Shown here piece by piece: positions 1 to 9,544 of a stretch of DNA of 64,000 nt (within the stretch, counting starts at the first letter, position 1; the number at the start of each line of letters is the position of its first letter). The stretch comes from Acidobacteria bacterium UBA6911 (GTDB lineage Bacteria > Acidobacteriota > UBA6911 > RPQK01 > JAJDTT01), in the NCBI GenBank assembly GCA_963579905.1, contig CAUZIZ010000006.1, positions 1,707 through 65,706 of the forward strand. Direction: 5' to 3'. The position numbers were made by a program, and so were the translations under genes. Below the pieces are notes generated by a model, which was not told the origin of the DNA, did not search any database, and saw nothing but the letters and a program-made list of their open reading frames with translations.

Positions 1-610
1 TGCAACGGCATCGAACCGAGCTCCTCGGCAGCGTTCCCTAGGCGATCCCGGCGAGAACCTGACCCTTTTACTGGAACTAAAGGTCCTCGCGGATGTAGCC
101 CTGATAGGCCTGCCGAATGCCGGCAAATCTACGCTCATTTCGGCTCTCTCGAGCGCCAAGCCAAAAATCGCCGACTATCCCTTCACCACCCTCACACCAA
201 ACCTGGGAGTGGTTTCGTGGACAGACTACAATAGCTTTGTGGTTGCCGATGTTCCGGGCCTGATCAAAGGGGCACACGCGGGCCAGGGGCTGGGCGATCA
301 GTTTCTGAGACACATCGAGCGGTGCCGCCTGCTGGTTCACCTGGTCGATATAAGCGGTGCCCAGGAGAACGATCCAATAGACTCAGTCCATACGATCATG
401 CAGGAACTGAAATTGTACGACGCCACCCTGCTGCAGAAGCCCCAGATCATCGCAGCATCGAAAATGGACGCCGCTGAACCCGAAATGCTGGAACGCCTGC
501 GAGAGTACTGTGTTGACAAGGGTCTGCCCTTCAGCCAAATCTCTGCAGCAACGGGCGAGGGGCTCTCTGACCTCAAGCAGTCAATTGCCAAGCGGCTGGG
601 AGCGCAATAG
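1..610 (+). CDS. obg: GTPase Obg/CgtA, C-terminal part (5' end outside the window)
   Basis: Frame-2 translation from the window edge gives ALIGLPNAGKSTLISALSSAKPKIADYPFTTLTPNLG (P-loop and switch of an OBG-type GTPase). It ends at TAG 608-610. The conserved obg-nadD-rsfS neighbourhood supports the call. Confidence 0.9.
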   Translation, partial: ATASNRAPRQRSLGDPGENLTLLLELKVLADVALIGLPNAGKSTLISALSSAKPKIADYPFTTLTPNLGVVSWTDYNSFVVADVPGLIKGAHAGQGLGDQFLRHIERCRLLVHLVDISGAQENDPIDSVHTIMQELKLYDATLLQKPQIIAASKMDAAEPEMLERLREYCVDKGLPFSQISAATGEGLSDLKQSIAKRLGAQ

Positions 611-612
611 GG

Positions 613-1293
613 GTGAAGCTGGGTATCCTTGGTGGCACCTTCGATCCGATACACCGGGGTCATACCTTCATCGCGCACCGCATTAGGGAGACCTTCGGCC
701 TGGACCAGGTCCTCTTCATGGTGTCCAATCTGTCGCCCCACAAAGAGAAGGTCCACACGACTAGCCCTTTCCACCGCCACGCAATGGTCGTCCTCGAGCT
801 TCTTTACGAGGAGGGACTCTGCGCCTCACTCCTGGAGTTGGAGTACGAGGCCCCCTCCTATACGATCACAACCCTGGAACGCTTGCGAACTGATCATCCC
901 CATGATTACTTCTGTTTTATCGCAGGGAGCGACTCGCTCAAGGAGATCCACCTATGGAAAGATTATGCTACCCTACTGGGCGAGCATTGCTTTGTCTTTG
1001 TCCAACGAGCCCAATCCGAAGCTGATCTTGAACAACTGAAGATCGACGACCCAGCCAGAACAACGATCAAGGTGGTGTCGGCATCAGACAAACTGGACAT
1101 CCAGACGGGTCAGTCTTTTCTCATCAATATAGAGGCCCCTCCGATCAGCTCGACCGGCATCCGGCGAGCAATTGCAGCGGGGCAGGCTCCCGATCCCGAG
1201 AGCGTCTCCGCGCTCGTGCTTCAGTACATCCGAGAGTATCGACTCTATGAACGAAACCAAAGCGGTTCTTTCGAAAATCTGCGGGCTCATTGA
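613..1293 (+). CDS. nadD: Nicotinate-nucleotide adenylyltransferase
   Basis: GTG start 2 nt after the obg stop. GGTFDPIHRGH nucleotidyltransferase motif, 226 aa. Synteny obg-nadD-rsfS. Confidence 0.9.
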   Translation: MKLGILGGTFDPIHRGHTFIAHRIRETFGLDQVLFMVSNLSPHKEKVHTTSPFHRHAMVVLELLYEEGLCASLLELEYEAPSYTITTLERLRTDHPHDYFCFIAGSDSLKEIHLWKDYATLLGEHCFVFVQRAQSEADLEQLKIDDPARTTIKVVSASDKLDIQTGQSFLINIEAPPISSTGIRRAIAAGQAPDPESVSALVLQYIREYRLYERNQSGSFENLRAH

Positions 1294-1606
1294 CGAAAAA
1301 CAAGGGGAAGGCCTGATGCTACTGGATATCTCCGGCCTCTGCTCCTTTAGCGATTTTTTTATCGTCTGCAACGGATTCAATACGAAGCAGAACCAAGCCA
1401 TTTGCGACGAAATACTTACCAGGCTGAAAAAGGAGGATAGCCTCTTGCCCAGCCATGTTGAGGGTTACCCACAAGCTGAGTGGATCCTGATCGACTATCT
1501 CGGGTTCGTCATCCATGTCTTCTCAGTGCGAGCCCGCGAGTTCTACCAGTTGGAGAAACTCTGGAGCGACGGAATCCCGTTAGAACCCACAGCTCTCCAA
1601 GTGTGA
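1247..1606 (+). CDS. rsfS: Ribosomal silencing factor RsfS (Iojap family)
   Basis: Internal ATG (MNETKAVLSKI...) overlaps the nadD 3' end. The ~119-aa Iojap-like sequence DFFIVCNGFNTKQNQAICDEI is followed by a conserved C-terminus. Confidence 0.85.
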   Translation: MNETKAVLSKICGLIDEKQGEGLMLLDISGLCSFSDFFIVCNGFNTKQNQAICDEILTRLKKEDSLLPSHVEGYPQAEWILIDYLGFVIHVFSVRAREFYQLEKLWSDGIPLEPTALQV

Positions 1607-1784
1607 CGCTTGGAACCCCCCAAGACACGAGACACAAGAGAAAAACATACTCCAAATCACAGTTGGAATTTTAAATCAGCCCGTATCTTTGAATTTCGAA
1701 TCACTCGTTTCTTCGGGTAGGATCGTTCTTGCTCACACCGTTATTGTCCCTGCGAAGAAAATTTAGTATAAGGAGTTCTTTTCT

Positions 1785-2252
1785 GTGTGGCTCAAGTTCG
1801 TGTGGATTGGAGAAACCAAGGATCTCAACCTACTCCCTTTGGAGGAACGTTACCTGAAAAGGCTCGAACACTTCTTCCCTTGCAGCCGGTCTTTTGTGCC
1901 TGAGATCAAACGGGTCCGGCACCAGGAGAAAAGGGCGTTCAGGCGCGAGGCACTGTTGCTCGAGGATAAAATATCACCCACTAGCTATCTGCTAGCTCTT
2001 GACGAGATAGGACGCGAATATTCCAGTCCCGATTTCTCCCGACTCTTAGAAGAATTGTTGAATCAGGGAAAAGCCGGGATAACGTTTGTGACGGGCGGCT
2101 CTAGTGGCCTTCCCGAACAGATCAAGAACGGGGCAAACTTGAAGTGGTCGCTGAGCAGCCTGACCCTTCCTCACGAACTAGCCCGAGTTATTCTTCTGGA
2201 ACAAGTATATCGGGCGGTGACCATTGTCAATCGGGTTCCCTACCATAAGTAA
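1785..2252 (+). CDS. rlmH: 23S rRNA (pseudouridine1915-N3)-methyltransferase RlmH (SPOUT)
   Basis: 155 aa with GTG start and an AAGGAG RBS 9 nt upstream. SPOUT-type C-terminus GITFVTGGSSGLP...ELARVILLEQVYRA. Confidence 0.85.
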   Translation: MWLKFVWIGETKDLNLLPLEERYLKRLEHFFPCSRSFVPEIKRVRHQEKRAFRREALLLEDKISPTSYLLALDEIGREYSSPDFSRLLEELLNQGKAGITFVTGGSSGLPEQIKNGANLKWSLSSLTLPHELARVILLEQVYRAVTIVNRVPYHK

Positions 2253-2265
2253 CGGAGGTTTCGGA

Positions 2266-2646
2266 ATGGCGGCGAAGGACTCGGACCATTTCAAGACGAA
2301 GGATCTGGACAATTTCAAGGAAACACTCCTGAAAAAGAAATCGGAGCTGATCCAGCTCCTGCACAAAAATCAGAGCTATGGCCGTGAAATTGACAGTGAG
2401 GGCGAGGCGATGGACATCGTCGACAAAGCTTCCAGCTCCTATACCAAGGAGTTCCTGTTCAGCCGTAGCAACCAAGAGAGACTCTTCCTCCTAGCCATCG
2501 AGGAGGCTCTGGATCGCATAGAAGACGGCTCCTTTGGAGAATGTTCCAATTGCGATGAACCCATTAATCTAAAGCGTATTCAGGCGGTACCCTGGGCCAA
2601 GCTCTGTCTCGCCTGCCAAGAACTTGAAGAGCAGGGAAAACTCTAG
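2266..2646 (+). CDS. DksA/TraR-family C4-type zinc-finger transcription factor
   Basis: GGAGG RBS before MAAKD. C-terminal CSNCDEPI...CLAC four-Cys finger and a coiled-coil N-terminus, ~126 aa. Confidence 0.8.
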   Translation: MAAKDSDHFKTKDLDNFKETLLKKKSELIQLLHKNQSYGREIDSEGEAMDIVDKASSSYTKEFLFSRSNQERLFLLAIEEALDRIEDGSFGECSNCDEPINLKRIQAVPWAKLCLACQELEEQGKL

Positions 2647-2680
2647 AATCGGTCCCGGCTTCATACGTTTATCTTTCAGG

Positions 2681-5101
2681 ATGCCCTCAACTACTCCATC
2701 TGAGCAGGACCTGCTTGCGTTAATGGGATCCGGTGTCACCCTGGACGCCATTCGAGCAGAAGCGGGTTTCTCCGCCACACAGTTCGATACCTGGTGGCAT
2801 CAGCAAATCCAGTCTCGCCTGCCACACCTCACCGGTAGCGCTACTTGTGAAGTCGAAACTGGAGTCGAAATCCTCAGGGACAAGTGGGGAATCCCCCATA
2901 TTTTCGCCGCGTCCGAACACGACCTTTTCTTTGGTTATGGCTACGTCATGAGCCAGGATCGACTGTGGCAGCTCGACTACTTTCGGCGCCAGGCACAGGG
3001 TCGCCTTTCAGAAGTCATGGGACCCGAAGTCCGACCCAGGGCGACCGGCGACGCCATCACCCCTCTCCAGCGCGACACCATCGCACGCACTATTGGCTTC
3101 CGTCGCATAGCCAGATCCAACCTGAAGAAACTTCCTGAAGAGACCTTGAAAAGACTCCAGTCTTTCTCTGACGGCATCAATGCGGCCAGGGTGGCTTTCG
3201 GGGATCGGCTTCCCATCGAATTCTCCCTGCTCGGCTACGAGCCCGAGAAGTGGATCCCCTTGGACTCACTTTGCATCTGGGTTGAGTTCCAATACTACTT
3301 GACCGTGCGTCTTCCGGTGATCGTTCTTCCCGAGATTGCACGTCGGACTCTGGGTGAGGGCCCACTATATGAGGCGTTTCTCACGGTCGAGGCCAGTGAT
3401 GAGAGCATTCTCCCACCCGGCTCCTATGCAGCCGAGAGGTCGGGCGCGGAACGTCCAGGCGATGTCGTCGGAGATCCGGACGGACCGGCGGGAAGTAACA
3501 ACTGGGTGGTCGCCGGTAGACGCTCCGCTTCTGGGACTCCCCTACTGGCCAGCGATCCCCACATCGCGTTCAACGCCGTTTCGTGCTGGTATGAGGCACA
3601 CCTCTCGGGCGCAGGATTCAATCTGGCGGGCGCCGGATACATCGGTGTCCCAGGAGTGATTTTCGGGCGTAATGAGAGAGTAGCCTGGGGAATTACAAAC
3701 AACATATGCTCCCAGCGAGACCTTTACCAGGAGAAAACCGATTCCGCCCATCCCGATCAGTTTCTCTACGATGGCACTTGGGAGCAGAGTCGAGTCACGG
3801 TCGAGCGCATCGCCATCAAGAACGGTGAACCGATCGACCTGCAAGTACGCTTCTCCCGCAACGGACCAATTGTCGATGACATTCTCCCCCCTTTGGGACG
3901 AGGTACTGGCCCGGTTTCGCTCCGCTGGATTGGAGCGACGTTCTGCGACGAAGTTACGAGTTTGCTGGCTGCCAACCGTGCCACGACCTGCGACGAGTTT
4001 CGCGAGGCCATGCGGGGCTGGCACGCCCCCACTCTCAGCTGGGTGTTCGCAGATGCAGACGACCACATAGCCTATCAGTGCGTCGGACACATCCCCGTTC
4101 GGGAGAACTGGAACAGGGGCTACCGTAGAGGTTGGGATCCCGAGGACCAGTGGACGGACCTGATTCCGTTCGACGGCATGCCTACCTTGTCTGATCCCCC
4201 TGAAGGGTGGATTCGTACCGCCAACAACCGTCCAGCGCCGGATGACTATCCTTATCCCCTCTCTGGAACCTGGGCTACCGGCTATCGCGCCCGGCGCATC
4301 CGCGACGTCCTTGAAGAGAAAACGGTTCTTACGCGGGACGACTGCGCACAGTTGCAGATGGATACCTACTCCCACCGAGCAGAGGAGGTCATTCCGCCCC
4401 TCCTCGAACTGCTTGGGACCGCCGAAGACTCGGAGGTCAGGGAAGCCCTCGAGGTGCTTAGGACCTGGAATCGTCGCATGGATCCGAGCGAGCCCGGCGC
4501 CGCCATCTTCGAGATCTTCTTCGCAAATTGGGAACAAGCCGTCTCCCGCCAACGCTTCCAGGGTGAGGCCATCGCACCAATGGCCGGAGCCTCGGCCGGC
4601 CTCTCTGTGCAGCTCCTGGCCGAGGACCGTAGCGGATGGTTTTCCGACGCTGATCGGGACGAGAGTGCCGCCGCAACCCTGAAGGACACACTTCGCGATC
4701 TCAGCGCCCGATTGGGACCAGACATGTCCAGTTGGTCCTGGGGCCGGATTCACACCGTCCACCTGGCCCACTGCCTTTCGAACCTGGGTGATCTGGGAAA
4801 GCTTCTGGACCGGGGAGGCCAACCCGTGGGAGGGGCTGGAACTACCGTCTGCAATACTGGCTATGATCCCACCTACATGGCCGCTATGGGTGCCAACTAT
4901 CGCCTCGTGGTTGAGGTAGGAAGCGACCCCGCGGTGCTCTGGTCTGTCGACGCCACCGGGCAGTCCGGGCATCCCGGTAGTCCCAACTATGCCGACCAAC
5001 TCCCGGAATGGCTGGCCTCGCGCCGGCACGCCATCCCCCTTGATAGCGCCCGTGTCCTAACGGAAGCCCAGACCAAGCTGCTTCTTCAGCCGCCGGTCTA
5101 G
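2681..5101 (+). CDS. Penicillin-amidase (S45, Ntn-hydrolase) family acylase
   Basis: GIPHIFAASEHDLFFGYGYVMSQDRLWQLDYFRR matches the PGA/AHL-acylase alpha-subunit signature. GSNNWVV is the beta-subunit N-terminal Ser nucleophile. ~800 aa. An alternative TTG start at 2624 overlaps the dksA-like gene. No obvious signal peptide. Confidence 0.85.
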   Translation: MPSTTPSEQDLLALMGSGVTLDAIRAEAGFSATQFDTWWHQQIQSRLPHLTGSATCEVETGVEILRDKWGIPHIFAASEHDLFFGYGYVMSQDRLWQLDYFRRQAQGRLSEVMGPEVRPRATGDAITPLQRDTIARTIGFRRIARSNLKKLPEETLKRLQSFSDGINAARVAFGDRLPIEFSLLGYEPEKWIPLDSLCIWVEFQYYLTVRLPVIVLPEIARRTLGEGPLYEAFLTVEASDESILPPGSYAAERSGAERPGDVVGDPDGPAGSNNWVVAGRRSASGTPLLASDPHIAFNAVSCWYEAHLSGAGFNLAGAGYIGVPGVIFGRNERVAWGITNNICSQRDLYQEKTDSAHPDQFLYDGTWEQSRVTVERIAIKNGEPIDLQVRFSRNGPIVDDILPPLGRGTGPVSLRWIGATFCDEVTSLLAANRATTCDEFREAMRGWHAPTLSWVFADADDHIAYQCVGHIPVRENWNRGYRRGWDPEDQWTDLIPFDGMPTLSDPPEGWIRTANNRPAPDDYPYPLSGTWATGYRARRIRDVLEEKTVLTRDDCAQLQMDTYSHRAEEVIPPLLELLGTAEDSEVREALEVLRTWNRRMDPSEPGAAIFEIFFANWEQAVSRQRFQGEAIAPMAGASAGLSVQLLAEDRSGWFSDADRDESAAATLKDTLRDLSARLGPDMSSWSWGRIHTVHLAHCLSNLGDLGKLLDRGGQPVGGAGTTVCNTGYDPTYMAAMGANYRLVVEVGSDPAVLWSVDATGQSGHPGSPNYADQLPEWLASRRHAIPLDSARVLTEAQTKLLLQPPV

Positions 5102-5661
5102 CTTTCACTGGACGTATTGAGTGGGCAGTTCAATTGAGGCACAAGGAAGATTGTGCTGCTGTCCGGTCGCTCCTCGAAACCTCAGACATTAGACGAATCG
5201 TTCAAGTTTCAGCTTAGTGCCCCCCAGGAAGCGCTGGCCCCATTCGAGAAAGAAGCCTCAGTGTCCTACGGTAGCATGGGCATCCCTGCCCGTGATGACC
5301 GATCCGTCGAGCCAAGGGCTCGACAATCACGGCCTGGAAGACCGTGCCACGGTTGGGAATCCTGAACCTGGAACCGAATGAAGTTTCAGCTTAGTCCCGC
5401 CCCCGCTGCGCTGCCCCATTCGAGAAAGAAACTTCCGGCTACTGGAGATTTGTGCTGTTGTCCAGCTCTCTCCTCGGAACTTGGCCTCATGTTGCTAACG
5501 GCTCAAGTCGTTCGCGGCTCTGTCGGACTTGACTTCGTAACGCTGGTAGTTCACCCGTTGGCGGCACCTTCGGAGGGCAGGAGACGTGCGACGTTCAGAC
5601 GAATTCTTGGAGTTCAGGTCGGGCTCCTGCTTCGCCGGGGAGGCTCCAACCTCGCGGATTG
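5102..5661. repeat. Intergenic mosaic repeat island A (two H palindromic units and one T unit: H-spacer-H-T)
   Basis: H copies at ~5204-5256 and ~5379-5436 (GAAGTTTCAGCTTAGT...CCCCATTCGAGAAAGAAACTTCC). T unit at ~5492-5577 (TTGCTAACGGCTCAAGTCGTTCGCGGCTCTGTCGGACTTG...GGCACCTTCGGAGG) with the tail GGAGACGTGCGACGTTCAGACGAATTCTT. The island lies between convergent gene ends. Confidence 0.8.
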
Positions 5662-8448
5662 CTATTCTAGAAGTTTGGCGATCCTCTTTTCGGATTCGGG
5701 GCTCCAACCTGCAAAGACATCGGCGACTCGGCCCTTCTTATCGACCAGAATCGACAGGGGAACGAACGCCTGGTCTCCGCCGTAGACCTTCTCAATGCCT
5801 GCCTCATCGATTCGGTATAAGGGATAGGAAACGCCCAGTTTCCGCGCAAAAACTTCAATCGAAGCCGGCGCTACTTCCTGATCGAGACTGATACCGAGCA
5901 GTTGGATTCCCTTTTTCTGGAAGCGGAGCTTGAGCTTTTCGAGCTCCGGCATCTCCTTACGACACGGTCCGCACCAGGTGGCCCACAAATTCAAGAAGTA
6001 GGCGGTTCCTTTCGGCAGGGCGGCCGGCGGCTCCTTTTCTTGGCCGTTCAAAGAATATAAGTCAAAAGCGGGGAGGACACCACCTTTCTTCAAGCCCAAT
6101 TTGTGCCAGATCAGATCGTCTCTACTGACCGGATCGGGGAGCGACGCAGGGCGATCCGTCAAGATTGTGTAATCTTCTGATGATTCGACGATCTTCAGCG
6201 AGGTACCGGAAGAGATCCTTCCGAAGCGATGCGACTTGCCCGATGGCCAAAGTACCTCCATCCATTCCGCCTCCTCCTTCTGTCCCAGGCCGAAAAGGAG
6301 TCGGGGATCCGGCTGAGCGAGAAAACCATTGCCGCCGGAGCACACCCGGGTCTGAACCCCATGGGCTGTCTTCAAACGCACCACCGCTCCGAAGGCGTCC
6401 CTGCCACTCTCCCTTCCCTCCAGGACAACCCTGATGAAGTTGTTCGCCTGACCTACATTATTCTTGAAGAGAAGGTGCCCTTCGCCTTGGATGGCGGTCA
6501 GAAAGATGTCCAGATCTCCATCGTTGTCGAAATCCGCCAGCACAGCGGCACGACCATCGGATATGGAGTCGATTCCAGACACTCCGGAGATGTCTTGAAA
6601 TCCTTGAGACTCAAGATTCAAGAAGAGCGCATCTCGCTCGAATCCGCTGAAAGAGAGCCCCTCACGGAACAAGAGCTTCATGTGCTCCTGCTGATAGCTC
6701 TGGTTACCCGGGTCCTCCAAGCCCACGCTGGACGCCACCACGTGGCGCCAGAAAAAGCTTCAGGTATCCTTCATGGACTTACCACTGATAAATCCGTTGG
6801 GCGAGTAAAGATCCTCCCAACCATCGTTATCGAAGTCCACGAAGACGCCACCCCAGGCCCAGCCTGCCCCGAAAGGGCCCAAGGAGGCGCTGACATCCCG
6901 GAAATCGCCCTTCGAATTGCCTTGGAACAAGCTGTTGCCTGCCGCCAGCTTTCTTAGAACGCTACGACTCGATGTGCCGCTCGGAAAGAGACGATCCAGA
7001 ATCCGATTTCCCGCAGTGGACGACATATTCGTCACGTAGAGATCCAGATGCCCATCGTTGTTGTAGTCCCCAAACGAGACCCCCATGCCATTTCCGGGAT
7101 CCAGGACACCCGATGAGTCTGCCCGATCCTGGAATCGGTCTCCCAGGTTCACGTAGAGAGCATTCTCTCCGAAGTCGTTCGCAACATAGAGGTCCAGCAG
7201 ACCGTTGCCGTCGATATCGGCGAACTGAGCGGCATAACTCCAGCGCCTGTCCTGGACGCCCCAGGCTTTGGCAGACTCGGTAAAGGTTCCGTCCTTTTGA
7301 TTGAGGAAGAGTAGATTGGGGGTTCCGTTGCTGGCCCGATGCCAGGAGTTGGGCATGACCCTTCCATATCGGTTGTAGGAAGTGACATAAATATCGGTCC
7401 ATCCATCCCTATTGACGTCCGCGGCGGTAGCACTGAAGCCAACAGCTGGCAGCGACACGCCCGCTTCCTGAGAGATATCCCGAAAACTCAACTTGCCATC
7501 CGGAATGAGGCGGTTCTCAAAGAACATCTGCTCCCCGACTGCGGCCACGAAGAGGTCCAGATCTCCATCATTGTCGGCGTCCAGGAACAAAGGCGCCGTT
7601 CCCGACAGGGTCACAGCGACACCAGCATCTTCCGCCGCATCGGAGAAGGTGCTCCCCTGGTTTCGGTAGAGGTAGTTGCGCCCAATCCCAGTGGCGAAGA
7701 CATCTATCAAACCATCTCCATCCACATCTCCTGCAGCGGCCCCGTGGTAGACGAAATCGTTGTTTCCAGGCGAGCCATAGGCAGGAAGGGACACTGAAAC
7801 GCCCGCGGGGAGAGCGACCTGCGAGAACAGGTCGACATCGGTACGGAGGGTCTGGATCCTTTCGATCCTGAAAACAGAAATCAGCCAACTCTCGGTCCCG
7901 GTTCGCTCCGCCTCGATCCGACCATCTCCTCGGACCCACAGCCGCCGGTTGCTCTGATCTCGGCCTACCAGGAAGAACTTGAATCCGCTCTTTCCAATAC
8001 CCCTCTCCGGCTCTCCCGAAAAGCGGGCCTGCTTGACCTTGAAACGAGCGTCCTCGATCTCCGAAAAAAGCGAGAGAAATGCTTCCCACGTATTCTCTAG
8101 CTGCTCCCGCATCAAGGTCGCGCTGGGCACAGGCTGAAGCACACCCAACGAAATCCACTTAATTGTTTTGGTAGAGGGCCCCAGGGACGCAGGCCAGGGC
8201 GTCGCCTGCACAGGATCGTGGAAAAAGCGGACGATTCGCTTCGGTTCTCTCTGCTGGACCGCGCTGGAAAAGTCGATAAGGGCGTTCGCTAGCGACTCCG
8301 ATAGATCCTCTACTTGCCCCAGATCCTCTTTGTCCAGCTGAAACTGACTTGGTTCTACCGATTGAGCCTCAACGAGGCCAATTCTGAGGACAAGCATTAA
8401 CACTAAAGCGTGGCTACAAAACAGATTCACTAGCCCATTATATGCCAC
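5662..8448 (-). pseudogene. CRTAC1-like FG-GAP/VCBS-repeat + ASPIC/UnbV + TlpA-like thioredoxin fusion protein, interrupted by one in-frame TGA
   Basis: ORF 6760..8448 has a signal peptide and repeated DxDxDGxxD FG-GAP motifs. ORF 5662..6741 carries an ASPIC/UnbV-like segment and the C-terminal WCGPCR thioredoxin motif. By my reading the two are in the same frame, separated only by a TGA (~6759-6763) plus 6 codons. A one-base uncertainty in my coordinate indexing around 6741-6763 means the same-frame call should be re-checked on the sequence. Confidence 0.6.
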
Positions 8449-8586
8449 ACAGGCCTCCTCCAGGGGATCAGGGAAGAAGCGTTCAGCCCCCTCCCACCGG
8501 CCGGGACTTGAGGATGTCCAGAGTGTTCACTATTCCGACCAGGTGGCCCTCATGAGTCGAAAAACAGCCGCCGATGCTTCCTCACG

Positions 8587-8616
8587 TTGACATGGGGTCA
8601 AAGATAAGAGTATGAT
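8587..8616 (+). promoter_or_regulatory. Candidate sigma70-type promoter for the RRM protein gene (TTGACA-N18-TATGAT)
   Basis: TTGACA at 8587-8592, an 18-nt spacer, and TATGAT at 8611-8616. This would give a ~200-nt 5' UTR. Sequence match only. Confidence 0.4.
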
Positions 8617-8823
8617 TTCCAGGATCTCTTCAGTACAAGGCCTCCTGAAGCTATCTCAAGAAGAAATATTGAAGGCCTAGTCAGTCTTACCCCTGCGAAA
8701 GATACCCCCATAGGAATCACCGACTGGACCGTGGCCCGCGACCAAGAATCCGACCATGTTCTGTTCCTTTATCTGTCAGCATCTCAGGGTTGGAAGACAA
8801 ACATATTCTCTTAGGAGGAGAAG

Positions 8824-9153
8824 ATGAGCAACAAACTGTATGTAGGCGGTCTACCCTATTCCACAACGGAAGAAGCGCTAGAGCAACTTTTCTCGGAACA
8901 TGGAAATGTCGAATCGGCCAAGGTGATTACGGACAGAGATACTGGTCGATCACGGGGCTTCGGTTTTGTGGAGATGGAATCCGCAGGCGAAGCACAAAAG
9001 GCGATCTCGGCCCTGAACGGCACCGATCTTGACGGACGGACTCTAACCGTCAATGAGGCCAAGCCCCGGGAGAATCGATCCGGTGGTGGTGGTGGTGGTG
9101 GTGGTTACGGCGGTGGAGGCGGAGGTGGAGGCGGAGGTCGCGACCGCTGGTAG
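8824..9153 (+). CDS. RRM-domain RNA-binding protein with a glycine-rich (poly-Gly/Tyr) C-terminal tail
   Basis: AGGAGG RBS. RNP-1/RNP-2 motifs (LYVGGLPY; RGFGFVEM). The tail SGGGGGGGGYGGGGGGGGGGRDRW is encoded by a (GGT)n tract at 9081-9135. Confidence 0.9.
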   Translation: MSNKLYVGGLPYSTTEEALEQLFSEHGNVESAKVITDRDTGRSRGFGFVEMESAGEAQKAISALNGTDLDGRTLTVNEAKPRENRSGGGGGGGGYGGGGGGGGGGRDRW

Positions 9154-9180
9154 CTCCGTAGATTTATAGCACTAACCAAA

Positions 9181-9216
9181 AGAGGGGCGTCCGGGTCGGT
9201 TCGCCCCTCTTTTGCG
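9181..9216 (+). terminator. Rho-independent terminator after the RRM gene
   Basis: AGAGGGGCG / 12-nt loop / CGCCCCTCT, followed by TTTTG. A second hairpin AAGGGCAG...CTGCCCTTTCTT lies at ~9251-9284. Confidence 0.6.
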
Positions 9217-9544
9217 TGTGGGCACCCAACCTCAGCAGCAGTTCCGATCCAAAGGGCAGCGATACTACTTCCCTGCCCTTTCTTGTCAGTGCCCCCCCAG
9301 CGGTGCTGCCCCGTTCGAGAAAAGAAACTTCCGGCTACTGGGGATTTGTGCGGCTCTCTCCTCGAAACCTGGGCTCATTTCGCTAACGGCTCAAGTCGTT
9401 CGCGGCTCTGTCGGACTTGGCTTCGTAACGCTGGTAGTTCACCCGTTGGCGGCACCTTCGGAGGACTGGAGACGTGCGACGAATTCTTGAAGTTTCAGCT
9501 TAGTGCAAACAAGTTCTTCCGAACCCGCTCGCATTTCGTTCTCG
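9217..9544. repeat. Mosaic repeat island B (H variant, T unit, partial H; full composite element ~9280-9505, + orientation)
   Basis: T at ~9380-9462 is near-identical to the island A copy. It ends with GAATTCTTGAAGTTTCAGCTTAGTGC, a direct repeat of the H 5' end. Confidence 0.8.

Noticed and set aside
3542-5029. Long antisense ORFs inside real genes, including 3542..5029(-), 16141..17208(-), 26877..27815(-), 10827..11636(-), 7568..8158(-), 23473..24153(-) and 31651..33066(+)
   Set aside because: Each lies entirely opposite a strongly supported gene (acylase, giant PVC protein, SSF, glycosidase, CRTAC1-like, TIM barrel, pckA). All have low-complexity Arg/Pro/Gly-rich translations typical of spurious ORFs in high-GC DNA.
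5492-5577. T unit as a tRNA-like/SINE-like or tmRNA/RNase P fragment
   Set aside because: I found no cloverleaf, no T-loop GTTCRANYC, no CCA end and no matching conserved blocks. I cannot support an RNA-gene assignment from the sequence alone.
5204-5618. H units looked like a CRISPR repeat-spacer array (H-124 nt-H-170 nt)
   Set aside because: The repeats are ~55 nt and diverged from each other. Spacings are irregular and far longer than CRISPR spacers. Orientation flips between islands. The 'spacers' are themselves repeated (T unit). No cas genes lie within 64 kb.
5378-5785. Track ORFs inside the repeat islands (5378..5785, 9212..9490, 9283..9624, 19543..19839, 33310..33540, 33374..33598, 45711..46292) sharing the peptide LTAQVVRGSVGLGFVTLVVHPLAAPSE
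   Set aside because: The shared peptide is just the translation of the repeated T-unit DNA. Frames are interrupted differently in each copy, there is no RBS or start context, and the same DNA occurs in both orientations. These are non-coding repeats, not a gene family.
6741-6763. In-frame TGA/TAA as stop-codon reassignment or selenocysteine
   Set aside because: obg (TAG), nadD (TGA), rlmH (TAA) and most other genes terminate normally at these codons, with downstream genes starting immediately after. The in-frame stops sit in ordinary positions, not at redox Cys sites, and I saw no SECIS-like hairpin. Nonsense mutation or sequencing error is the simpler explanation.
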